A stretch of 64,000 nucleotides of DNA from an uncultured Nitrospina sp. (GTDB lineage: Bacteria > Nitrospinota > Nitrospinia > Nitrospinales > VA-1). The notes under the pieces are model-generated. The model searched no databases, had not been told where the DNA came from, and saw only the letters and a list, made by a program, of their open reading frames with translations. The stretch lies in NCBI GenBank assembly GCA_964344595.1, contig CAYFNV010000002.1, forward strand, positions 148,289 to 212,288, written 5' to 3'. Shown in pieces: positions 48,325 to 57,424 of this stretch. Made by a program: the position numbers and the translations under genes. Each line of letters begins with the position of its first letter. Position 1 is the first letter of the stretch.

Positions 48325-48640
48325 TGCAATAAGCTACATTTGTGTTTACAAATTTTGCAAAAACTTTTCTAAACTAGAAAAAAGGAGAATCCACATTGAT
48401 CTGCCTGTTGGCTTGTGGAAAACTGCTACGCAGTTTACACACAGGGTCAACAGGCTCTACCACGGCAAGGATTTATATTTAAAAATCCTTTTGCAGCTGT
48501 CTTTGCGAGGAACCAAAGGTGACGAAGCAATCCAGAAAGAAACTGGATCGCCGCATTCCCTTCGGTCATTCGCGATGACATCCGGAAGTCAGCTCAAAAT
48601 CATTTTACAAACTTTGCACATGCAAATGGTAACTATCCCA
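48325..48640 (+). mobile_element. 316-bp MITE-like non-autonomous element, copy B
   Basis: Matches the reverse complement of 20193-20508. 7-bp direct repeat ACTAATA at 48318-48324 and 48641-48647. TG...CA termini. Contains an 81-nt imperfect hairpin (48499-48579). Confidence 0.8.
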
Positions 48641-48742
48641 ACTAATAGGAAAACCGTCGCCATTTTATACCATCCTATAGCGATGGGGGCAACTGGACAA
48701 TAACCCTTTATCCATGTGTTTTTTTTGGAACCTGGGCCCAGG

Positions 48743-49786
48743 CTAATGTTTCTTCCCACTGCTAACAGGCCTACTCAGCATATCACGTATAAACAGGTTA
48801 GCTGCCTTCATTACGTGGGGTTTCTCCAAGTGGGTTTCCATATTTCCGGGCAAACGCAGAGTGAATGTCGTACCAGAGCCCAATTCACTATCGCCATTTA
48901 AGTTACCCCCCATAACTAAAACCAGTCTATGAGTTATGGCCAACATTAAAGCATCTGCACCAAATCCACTTGAAAGCTTTTCATCGGCTTCGGTATAACC
49001 CCTAAACAGATTTTCAAGGATTTTTGGATTAATACCTGCACCAGTATCTTTAACAATAAAACTAAGCCAGTCCGTCTCACCAACATTTTCCCGTCTGACC
49101 ATAAGAGAAATCTTGCCATTTTTTGTATTATTGGAAGCATTCTCCATAAGGTTTAACAAGATTCTCTCCACCCTCCCCCGGTCCCCTTTTAGCTCTCCTA
49201 AAGAATTGGAAAGATCAACACTTAAAGTGTTTCCATGCCTCTCAACTTCTAACCTGGCTCTTTCTAATACCTTATCAATCAGATCTTTAACTAGAAATTC
49301 CTCATATTCGAGTTCAGAGCGGCCGGATTCAATTTTTGAAAGGTCTATAATTTCCTCTACCCATTTCATCAACTGGTTGCTTGCTTTTCGGATTTTTTTA
49401 ATATCCTCAACAAGGGAATCCTGACCTTCATCCTCCAATTCCTCCTGAACTATTTCGCTGTAACCCATAATATGGTTGAGTGGGGTCCTCAACTCATGGC
49501 TGAGATTGGCAAGAAAAACAGATTTGCTCAAGCTAGACGTTTCAGCTTCATCCTTATCTAGAGCCAGTTGCCGGTTAGATTCTTCCAGCTCAACTGTCCG
49601 TACAGCAATCTGATCTTTGAGGGATATTTTTTGCAGTTCAATTTTGTTACCGCGCTTTTCTGTTTCCTCCAGCACGGTATTGATCAACTTAATCAGAGGG
49701 TCGTCTTCAGATTCTTCAATCCTCAGCGAATAGTCTCGGGATTCAATAATTTTCTCAAGGGTTTTCCGAATACGCTCAGTATTCAA
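48743..49786 (-). CDS. Soluble histidine kinase (coiled coil-HisKA-HATPase)
   Basis: 347 aa, TTG start 4 nt after the trxB stop. SHELRTPLNHIMGY, LLNLMENASNNT, DTGAGI, GSGTTFTLRL. No TM segment or recognisable sensor. Confidence 0.8.
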   Translation of the reverse strand: MNTERIRKTLEKIIESRDYSLRIEESEDDPLIKLINTVLEETEKRGNKIELQKISLKDQIAVRTVELEESNRQLALDKDEAETSSLSKSVFLANLSHELRTPLNHIMGYSEIVQEELEDEGQDSLVEDIKKIRKASNQLMKWVEEIIDLSKIESGRSELEYEEFLVKDLIDKVLERARLEVERHGNTLSVDLSNSLGELKGDRGRVERILLNLMENASNNTKNGKISLMVRRENVGETDWLSFIVKDTGAGINPKILENLFRGYTEADEKLSSGFGADALMLAITHRLVLVMGGNLNGDSELGSGTTFTLRLPGNMETHLEKPHVMKAANLFIRDMLSRPVSSGKKH

Positions 49787-49790
49787 TTGC

Positions 49791-50744
49791 TCAACCTGTC
49801 AAACCTTGCTCGGCTAGCCAGCGTTCTGCTTCCAGAGAAGCAGCGCAACCAGACCCTGCTGCGGTAATGGCCTGTCGATATTTATGGTCATGCACATCTC
49901 CAGCAGCAAAAACTCCTTCGATGCTTGTTTCCTGAGTACCTGGCTTGAGCTTTATATAACCCGCATCGTCAAGATCCAATTGTCCATTGAAGATAGATGT
50001 ATTTGGTGTGTGTCCGATTGCGTAAAAAAGACCAGCAACTTCTATTTCCTTCACTTCCTGAGTCTTTACATTTTTAAGTCGAGCCCCGGTTAAATAATCT
50101 TCACCTAATGCATCCTCAAGAACTGTATCCCAAAGAATATTAAGTTTTGGGTGTTTAAGAGCTCTCTCCTGCATGATCTTGGACGCCCTGAGTTTGTCAC
50201 GACGATGCACCAAATAGACAACGGAGCCAAATTTAGCGAGATAAGTGGCTTCTTCCACAGCTGTATCGCCTCCACCAATGACCATCAATGGCTGATTTCT
50301 GAACATGGGAAGTGCGCCATCACAAACTGCACAAGCTGACATACCATTGTTCCACATTTTTTCTTCATTCGGGACACCCATCCTTTTTGCCGTTGCTCCA
50401 GTAGAAATGATCACCGAATGAGCCTTTACTTCACGGTTTTCAGATTTCAATACGAATGGACGCTGGCTGAAGTCTGCAGAGATAACATCCTCCTGAACCA
50501 TTTCTGTTTTGAAGCGTTCGGACTGTTTGCGAAACAACTGCATCAGCTCAGGTCCTTCAACTCCTTCAGGAAACCCGGGATAATTTTCGACCTCTGTAGT
50601 GGTGGTCAGTTGCCCTCCTGCTGAGCCACCCATTACATAACCTTCAAACATAAAAGGATTCAGGTCAGCTCTGGCAGAGTAAATTGCAGCAGTATGGCCT
50701 GCTGGCCCGGAACCAATTATTACAACATTTCTGACTTCCGACAT
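49791..50744 (-). CDS. trxB: Thioredoxin-disulfide reductase
   Basis: 317 aa. GSGPAGHTAA, redox-active CAVCDG, GGGDTAVEEA. Confidence 0.9.
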   Translation of the reverse strand: MSEVRNVVIIGSGPAGHTAAIYSARADLNPFMFEGYVMGGSAGGQLTTTTEVENYPGFPEGVEGPELMQLFRKQSERFKTEMVQEDVISADFSQRPFVLKSENREVKAHSVIISTGATAKRMGVPNEEKMWNNGMSACAVCDGALPMFRNQPLMVIGGGDTAVEEATYLAKFGSVVYLVHRRDKLRASKIMQERALKHPKLNILWDTVLEDALGEDYLTGARLKNVKTQEVKEIEVAGLFYAIGHTPNTSIFNGQLDLDDAGYIKLKPGTQETSIEGVFAAGDVHDHKYRQAITAAGSGCAASLEAERWLAEQGLTG

Positions 50745-50759
50745 AATTTAAACCTTTTA

Positions 50760-51467
50760 TTACCTTTCGATATATACACAGCGAAAACCCACATCGCTAT
50801 ATCTCAACCCGGGATCTTTACCAACCCGGTCAGAGGTTCTTAAGTAATGGCTGGGAGAATTCCATGACCCTCCTCGCACCACTTTATTTTTAGCTGAAGA
50901 AGTACCGGACGAATTATACCCATTCAGGGTCCATTCATAGACATTACCCATCATATCGTAGAGACCGTTAGAATTGGGCTCAAATTTACCTATCGTTTCT
51001 GTCGCACCGTTTCCATAAGGCTGGCCAAAGTGGGCTCCACCCAGTTTTTCACCTTCTGCTGCCACTTCCCATTGCTCCTCAGTGGGAAGGTTTCCCCTTC
51101 GCCATGAGCAATAGATTCTGGCGTCCTCCCAACTCACGAACACGACTGGCTGACGAGGCTTATTGAAATCCTGCGGACGGTCTTCATGCAACAATGCTGG
51201 TTCGCACACTCCAGCAATGAAGCATTTCCGATAGTCGTCATTACTAACTTCATATTTATCTATCCAGAATGCGTCTATCTTCACCTTACGCGGAGTCTCA
51301 TCGTTACACCAGTCAGCATTATTCTGCTCTTCCTCGCAGTAAAAACTCCCCAGGTTATAATCTCCAGCAGGAATAAAAGCTCTAGGTTGGGTAGACTCAG
51401 CAAATATAATGGAAGGAAAAAAAGCCATTAATACCATCACAAATAAAATCTGATTCAAGCAATTCAT
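50760..51467 (-). CDS. Secreted formylglycine-generating-enzyme (SUMF1/FGE-sulfatase fold) family protein
   Basis: 235 aa. Signal peptide. [27 protein letters not shown] overlaps the thrC stop. Confidence 0.75.
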   Translation of the reverse strand: MNCLNQILFVMVLMAFFPSIIFAESTQPRAFIPAGDYNLGSFYCEEEQNNADWCNDETPRKVKIDAFWIDKYEVSNDDYRKCFIAGVCEPALLHEDRPQDFNKPRQPVVFVSWEDARIYCSWRRGNLPTEEQWEVAAEGEKLGGAHFGQPYGNGATETIGKFEPNSNGLYDMMGNVYEWTLNGYNSSGTSSAKNKVVRGGSWNSPSHYLRTSDRVGKDPGLRYSDVGFRCVYIER

Positions 51468-52795
51468 ACTTCAATCTTTTCCAAAATAGCTTTTTTAACT
51501 TGCTCATAATCAGCGGTCAATTCAACCGGTGAGAAAGCATGCTCCGATACAACGTCATCTATTTGATCTGTATGATATTTGAAAAGAAAATCTGTGAATT
51601 TCAAACCATTAGCGGTAGAAATCACCACCACCCGATCCTTTTTCTTAATCACTTCCGTATTTACCAGCTTTTCAAGGACAGCCAATGCCACTCCAGTATG
51701 AGGGCAACAAAGCAGACCTGTTTTGTTAGCTCTACCTGCGGCATTGGCCAACTCACTTTCTGTCGCTTCTTCAACAATCCCATCAAAAGCTTTGAGAGCG
51801 CGAATAGCTTTTTTATAGCTGACCGGATCTCCAATCTGAATAGCACTTGCCAAAGTCGTTTTTGCCTGAACAGACTCAAAGGTTTTAAACCCGTTTTTGT
51901 AACTACGATAAAGAGGGTCGGCCTGTTTTGCCTGGGCACAAACAAGACGCGGCAACCTATCGACCAAGCCGAGATCATAGAACATCTGAAACCCTTTTCC
52001 AATGGCACTTACATTACCCAAATTACCTCCGGGTACTATTACAAAATCCGGAACCTTCCAGTTAAACTGTTGGATAATTTCAAAACTGATAGTTTTTTGG
52101 CCTTCAATTCTTAAAGAGTTCATAGAGTTTGCCAGATAAATATCGTTTTTCTGACATACCTCCTGAACAAGTTTCATACATCCATCAAAGTCCGTATCCA
52201 GAGACAAAGTGAGCACACCGTGCGTGATAGGTTGAATCAGTTGTGTCAGCGATACTTTATCCTTTGGCAAAAATACAATGGCAGGAATACCTGCAAGAGC
52301 ACAATAAGCAGCCAAAGCCGCAGATGTGTCTCCGGTTGATGCGCAGGCTACAGCCTTAATATTTCTTCCGGAAGAAATCATTTGCTTGACCATCGAGACC
52401 AATACGGTCATTCCCAAATCTTTGAATGACCCTGTATGCGCCATGCCACATTGTTTGACCCATAAATCTTCCAGACCCAGTTGATCCCCCAGACGCTCGG
52501 CCCAGAAGAGGTTCGTTCCACCTTCATAAGTGGAGACAATATTATCATCCTCCACATTCGGGCAAACCAACTCCCTTTTTCCCCAAACAGCACTTCCATA
52601 AGGCCATTCGTTACGCCGGTACCTGCTTTCAAACAAAGTTTTCCACTTTTCAGAAGAACGTTGTTTTAACAAATCCATATCATGTTGTACCTCAAGAAGT
52701 TCACCACACTTCTTGCAACGATAAACAACATCACTCAGTTCATACCGGGTATTACATTCTGGATTAATACACTGAAACCAAGCTTTAAATTCCAT
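51464..52795 (-). CDS. thrC: Threonine synthase with N-terminal zinc ribbon
   Basis: 443 aa. [10 protein letters not shown]...CKKCG, PLP-lysine block HTGSFKDLG. Confidence 0.85.
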   Translation of the reverse strand: MEFKAWFQCINPECNTRYELSDVVYRCKKCGELLEVQHDMDLLKQRSSEKWKTLFESRYRRNEWPYGSAVWGKRELVCPNVEDDNIVSTYEGGTNLFWAERLGDQLGLEDLWVKQCGMAHTGSFKDLGMTVLVSMVKQMISSGRNIKAVACASTGDTSAALAAYCALAGIPAIVFLPKDKVSLTQLIQPITHGVLTLSLDTDFDGCMKLVQEVCQKNDIYLANSMNSLRIEGQKTISFEIIQQFNWKVPDFVIVPGGNLGNVSAIGKGFQMFYDLGLVDRLPRLVCAQAKQADPLYRSYKNGFKTFESVQAKTTLASAIQIGDPVSYKKAIRALKAFDGIVEEATESELANAAGRANKTGLLCCPHTGVALAVLEKLVNTEVIKKKDRVVVISTANGLKFTDFLFKYHTDQIDDVVSEHAFSPVELTADYEQVKKAILEKIEV

Positions 52796-52797
52796 TA

Positions 52798-54102
52798 TTA
52801 TTTTTCCACACGAATCAGGTTAGATTTTCCGCACACCACGTCCAATTCTTCTATTTCCTTTAAAGCTGTCTGAATATTTTTTTCACTGGATTTGTGACAC
52901 ATCATCACTAAAGGGACTCCTTCACCACGGTCACCTCGACCTCTTTGAATCATTGATTCGATACTGATGGAATGCTTGCCTAGTATTCCTGATATTTTTG
53001 ATAACACACCCGGGTTATCCAGTACACTGAACCGTAAAAAATATTCAGATTCGATTTCATTAATGTCCTTAAGTGGTATCTTTTTGACCTCTTTATCCTG
53101 AAATGAACCGGCAGGTAATCTTTCCCCTACTTTTGAAATGATGTTCCTGGAAATTTCAATCACATCCCCAACCACGGCACTACCAGTTGGCAAAGAACCT
53201 GCACCATGCCCTATCAACACATTTTCTTCCATCATATCATCACAGACACGAATGGCGTTTAACGCCCCATTAACGTAGGCCATTGGATGAGAAACTGGAA
53301 TCATAGCAGGGTGAACGCGAATATCGATAGCATGACCATCGTATTTGGATATTGCAAGAAGCTTGATTCGATAACCAAACTCCCGTGCGCATTCTATGTC
53401 TTCTGAGGTAATACCAGAAATTCCAGACACAGTTATATCGTCAAATGGAACAGGAGTTCCGTAAGCGAGGCGTGTCAGCACTGCTATTTTGTGGGCTGAA
53501 TCAATACCTTCAACATCAAAAGTCGGGTCAGCTTCGGCAAATCCTTTTTCTTGTGCTTCTTTCAAAGCAGTATTGAAGTCGCAACTCTCATCGGACATTT
53601 TGCTAAGAATATAATTTGCTGTCCCATTCACAATGCCTTCTATAATTTGAATATTATTTGCAACAAACGCCTCCTTAACCGAACGAATGATTGGAATTGC
53701 ACCGCCAATAGAAGCTTCAAATCCTATTGAAAGTCCTTTGTCTGTAACCGCAGTAAAAATTTCATCACCATGTTTGGCCAGCAATGCCTTGTTCGCCGTC
53801 ACAACATGTTTTCCTTTTTCAATAGCTTGGAGAAGAAACTTTCTTGCGGGATCATATCCGCCAATCAACTCAATCATCACATCGATTTCGGGGTGATTAA
53901 TCACCTCATCAGCAGAAGTAGTTAAAACCCCTGAGGGCAATTCCACGCCACGGTCTGTGGTGATATCCAAATCTGCAATTTTTACCAGCTCCACACTGGC
54001 ACCCAATCTTTTCCTGATAATGTCACTATTTTCAGCAAGGATTTTAGCTACCCCAGTACCAATGGTGCCAAAACCAATCATTCCCACTTTAACTATTTTC
54101 AT
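52798..54102 (-). CDS. hom: Homoserine dehydrogenase
   Basis: 434 aa. [20 protein letters not shown]-terminal ACT-like region. Confidence 0.9.
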   Translation of the reverse strand: MKIVKVGMIGFGTIGTGVAKILAENSDIIRKRLGASVELVKIADLDITTDRGVELPSGVLTTSADEVINHPEIDVMIELIGGYDPARKFLLQAIEKGKHVVTANKALLAKHGDEIFTAVTDKGLSIGFEASIGGAIPIIRSVKEAFVANNIQIIEGIVNGTANYILSKMSDESCDFNTALKEAQEKGFAEADPTFDVEGIDSAHKIAVLTRLAYGTPVPFDDITVSGISGITSEDIECAREFGYRIKLLAISKYDGHAIDIRVHPAMIPVSHPMAYVNGALNAIRVCDDMMEENVLIGHGAGSLPTGSAVVGDVIEISRNIISKVGERLPAGSFQDKEVKKIPLKDINEIESEYFLRFSVLDNPGVLSKISGILGKHSISIESMIQRGRGDRGEGVPLVMMCHKSSEKNIQTALKEIEELDVVCGKSNLIRVEK

Positions 54103-54105
54103 TGT

Positions 54106-55284
54106 CTACTCAGTTCCCTTAAAAAATCTTTCAATCCCACGCACTGCTTGTCTAATTCTGTGCTCGTTTTCTACAAGCGAGAAACGTACAAAATGATCGC
54201 CGCCCTCTCCAAATCCAATCCCCGGCGCAACGGCGACTTTAGCCGTTTCTAAAAGCCTCTTGCAGAATTCCAGTGAGCCTAGTTTCTTGAATTGATCGGG
54301 AATTTCAGCCCATACCATCATTGTTGCTTTCGGTGGGGTCACCTCCCAACCAACCCGGTTTAATGATTCACACAAAACATCACGCCTGCTTCGGTATGTT
54401 TCCCTGATTTCTTCCACACAATCGCGCGGTCCATTCAAAGCCACTGTAGCCGCAATTTGTATAGGTTGGAACATTCCATAATCCTGATAGCTTTTGATAC
54501 GCGCCAGCGCATGGATGATTTCAGAATTTCCCACCGCAAAACCAACCCGCCACCCAGGCATATTATAACTTTTTGACAAGGTAAAAAACTCTATTCCAAC
54601 ATCTTTAGCTCCGGGAACCTGCAGGAAACTGGGAGCCTTATAACCATCAAAAACAATATCTCCGTAGGCAAAGTCGTGGATCACAATCAGGTTATGTTCT
54701 TTGGCAAAATCAACAACCTTCTCAAAAAAGTCTATTTCTACCACCTGAGTGGTTGGGTTATGTGGAAAGTTGATAACCATCACCTTGGGCCTTGGCCAGT
54801 TCCTCTTGAATGCATCTAGCAAAGCATCGAAAAAATCTATATCAGAACTAAGAGGCACATGAACAACATCTCCGTTTGCTAAAATGAACGCGTAAGTATG
54901 TATTGGATAAGTCGGGGTTGGCACCAAAACCGAGTCACCAGGGGTGGTGATTGCCAGAGCAAGATGTGCAATGCCTTCTTTTGACCCTATTGTAGCGATC
55001 GCTTCAGAATGCGGGTCAAGATCAACATCATGATTGCGCTTGTACCAGTCTGTAATAGCAAGGCGTAATTTATATATGCCCTTGGATACTGAATACCTAT
55101 GATTCGCTTCCTTCTGCGATGATTCCAGTAATTTATCCACGATATGCTTTGGGGTTGCCATATCGGGGTTGCCCAAACCAAAGTCTATAATATCTTCTCC
55201 ACGTCGACGGGCTTCATATTTCAGTTCGTTGACGATCCCTAATACATATGGAGGAAGGCGTTCAATTCTTGAAAATTCTCTCAT
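54106..55284 (-). CDS. Class I PLP-dependent aminotransferase (AlaA/AspC-like)
   Basis: 392 aa. [22 protein letters not shown]. Confidence 0.85.
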   Translation of the reverse strand: MREFSRIERLPPYVLGIVNELKYEARRRGEDIIDFGLGNPDMATPKHIVDKLLESSQKEANHRYSVSKGIYKLRLAITDWYKRNHDVDLDPHSEAIATIGSKEGIAHLALAITTPGDSVLVPTPTYPIHTYAFILANGDVVHVPLSSDIDFFDALLDAFKRNWPRPKVMVINFPHNPTTQVVEIDFFEKVVDFAKEHNLIVIHDFAYGDIVFDGYKAPSFLQVPGAKDVGIEFFTLSKSYNMPGWRVGFAVGNSEIIHALARIKSYQDYGMFQPIQIAATVALNGPRDCVEEIRETYRSRRDVLCESLNRVGWEVTPPKATMMVWAEIPDQFKKLGSLEFCKRLLETAKVAVAPGIGFGEGGDHFVRFSLVENEHRIRQAVRGIERFFKGTE

Positions 55285-55440
55285 AAGTTAGCGTTAGGTA
55301 AATACTATGAATCTTGTCACGATTACTGATAGCCAGAAATAGAAAGGTACCTCTAGATAGGAACAAATCATTCTTATTCAGTCTGGGATTATAAGGAGGC
55401 AACCAATTATCTTCCTGGGGAATCCGGCTGATGCCCGCGT

Positions 55441-55469
55441 AAGATAGCATAATTTATAATACCCGGCAA
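55441..55469 (-). promoter_or_regulatory. Candidate sigma70 promoter for the aminotransferase-hom-thrC array
   Basis: On the minus strand, TTGCCG (55469-55464), 17-nt spacer, TATCTT (55446-55441). Implies a leader of about 150 nt. Confidence 0.35.
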
Positions 55470-55735
55470 ACCTAAAGGACCAGTTAAAATAACACTTTTC
55501 CTACTTCGGTTATCTATAGTTTCTTTTTGCTTGATTCATACCTTTTACTGGGAGTAGTATCTCCTTGGATGCTCAAATTTATCGTGTTGTTTTCCAATTG
55601 AAGGTTTCTTCCAAAGCTTGATCATAAGTTTTTAGGGTGCTCCTTTTCAGAAAAGTAAATACGACCCTTGCGATTGAATGACAGTACCCGCTTCTGACTG
55701 GTATTCCGACCAGGTTTTTTCTCCAAAGTAAACAA

Positions 55736-56542
55736 ATGGAATTTTTTCACATAATCTTGTTAAGCATTATTCAGGGACTTACTGAGTTCCTGCCAATTTC
55801 CAGTTCAGGTCACCTGATCTTAACCCCCATAATATTTAAATTTGAAGACCAGGGGTTGGCCCTTGATGCCATTTTGCACTTGGGCACTCTCCTGGCAATT
55901 ATTGTTTACTTTCGTAAAGAATTGACTGATCTGACGAAGGGATTGTTTGACCGCAATGGCTCCCCGGAAACACACCATCTGGCACGTTGTATTCTCCTCG
56001 CTTCTATTCCAGCAGGGTTGGCAGGACTTTTTGGGGCAGAATGGATTGAGACCAACTTAAGAAGTCCCACTTTTGTCGGATTCAATCTTTTTTTCTGGTC
56101 GATTATATTTCTGATAGCGGACCAGTATGGTTCAAAAAGCTCAAAAACAAATACAAAGCTTAACCAACTAAGCATGCGGCAAATCATGTTTATCGGGTGT
56201 GCCCAAGCTGTTGCCCTGCTCCCAGGAACCTCGCGATCAGGAATCACAATTGTTGCCGGTCTTTTCAGCAATCTCTCACACACTTCAGCAACCAGGTTTT
56301 CTTTTTTGTTGGGCACACCTATAATTTTCGCAGCAGGCATGCATAAATTGATGCAGTTCATTTTGCACCCGGACCCTGGGCAGACCTATTCCAATATACA
56401 CCTCGCAACTGGTATGGGAATAAGCTTTGTAGTAGGTTTACTGGCGATTAAACTTCTTTTAAATGTTGTTGCAAAAGCCGGGCTCATGCCATTTATCATT
56501 TATAGGCTGATACTTGCGGGAGGAATTCTTCTTTATTACTAA
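55736..56542 (+). CDS. uppP: Undecaprenyl-diphosphate phosphatase (BacA/UppP)
   Basis: 268 aa. QGLTEFLPISSSGHL, PGTSRSG. Confidence 0.9.
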   Translation: MEFFHIILLSIIQGLTEFLPISSSGHLILTPIIFKFEDQGLALDAILHLGTLLAIIVYFRKELTDLTKGLFDRNGSPETHHLARCILLASIPAGLAGLFGAEWIETNLRSPTFVGFNLFFWSIIFLIADQYGSKSSKTNTKLNQLSMRQIMFIGCAQAVALLPGTSRSGITIVAGLFSNLSHTSATRFSFLLGTPIIFAAGMHKLMQFILHPDPGQTYSNIHLATGMGISFVVGLLAIKLLLNVVAKAGLMPFIIYRLILAGGILLYY

Positions 56543-56561
56543 GAACTTTTTGACATAAAAA

Positions 56562-56595
56562 AAGCCGACCTGAAAAATCAGGCCGGCTTGATTTT
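56562..56595. terminator. Bidirectional intrinsic terminator between convergent uppP and the 142-aa secreted-protein gene
   Basis: AAGCCGACCTGA - AAAA - TCAGGCCGGCTT (11 of 12 pairs). Flanked by A6 on the left and GATTTT on the right. Confidence 0.7.
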
Positions 56596-56610
56596 AAAAC
56601 CTGTCAGGAA

Positions 56611-57039
56611 TTAACCACAATTTACGCTGAGGTTAGTTGTTCCAGTATTAGTGATTCTAACTTCACCACTGATGTCTCCAATAGAGTCACCACGGCTGAA
56701 ATTATTCTGACCAGTCAGTACTACTTTGCCTCTACCCATAGAATGCTTGCTAGCCATTTTCACTTTAGCGTTACCTGCAGCTCCACCGCCATTGCCAGGA
56801 AAGCCATTATTCGCATTCGGGCTCAAACTAATAGGAACTGTCGTGAAGTTTGAAGACTTCCAGATCGAAGCATTTCCTTCACCACGATCAACTGCACCAC
56901 CACCCGTATTCTCTAAAGTGATGGAACTAGCATTATTACATTTAGTTGTCTGACCCGGTGCCAAGTCCGCTGCGAATGCAGAACTGGCGAGACAAAAAGA
57001 AGCAACAGCAACAATTAAAACAATAGCGAGTTTCTTCAT
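56611..57039 (-). CDS. Small secreted Gly/Asn-rich protein
   Basis: 142 aa. GGGAGG SD 7 nt upstream. Signal peptide MKKLAIVLIVAVASFCLASSAFA. Mature part starts ...TTKCNN and ends ...SVNCG. Confidence 0.7.
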   Translation of the reverse strand: MKKLAIVLIVAVASFCLASSAFAADLAPGQTTKCNNASSITLENTGGGAVDRGEGNASIWKSSNFTTVPISLSPNANNGFPGNGGGAAGNAKVKMASKHSMGRGKVVLTGQNNFSRGDSIGDISGEVRITNTGTTNLSVNCG

Positions 57040-57424
57040 TGTAAATCCTCCCTTACCCTAGTTAACAAACGTTTACCTACCTAAATATTCTAAATGAGGC
57101 AAATTCTTAACGAATCTACCCCCTCCCAATTTAGAACAAAATAACTTTTCAAAGAACATTCAGCGCCGACAAGGACCTCCTGAAAAGGTAGGAAATTTCC
57201 TACTTTAATAAGGTCGAATTCCGGTTTTCACCAGAGTATACCTATGCATTAAACCATGTCAATATTTATTTCCCAAAATCACAATAAATCATTTATATAC
57301 AATGATGTATAATCATAACCAACATAGAACCAAAAAGAGCTAAGCCGCAAATCCTATATCAATATAAGAATTTATCCTATATTAAAATACTCTAAAGGCC
57401 TAATATTACAGGGCGCTTTCCAGA

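Noticed and set aside
48413-48703. ORF-track protein of 96 aa (plus strand)
   Set aside because: The reason is the same as for 20187-20540. It is a TTG-initiated translation through the long hairpin of the element (the SLRGTKGDEAIQ.../LRSFAMT arms) that runs out into flanking DNA.
48731-48742. 12-bp palindrome CCTGGGCCCAGG next to a T8 run, considered as the kinase terminator
   Set aside because: On the kinase (minus) strand the run following the hairpin is A-rich rather than T-rich. On the plus strand the T-run precedes the stem. The geometry does not fit an intrinsic terminator.
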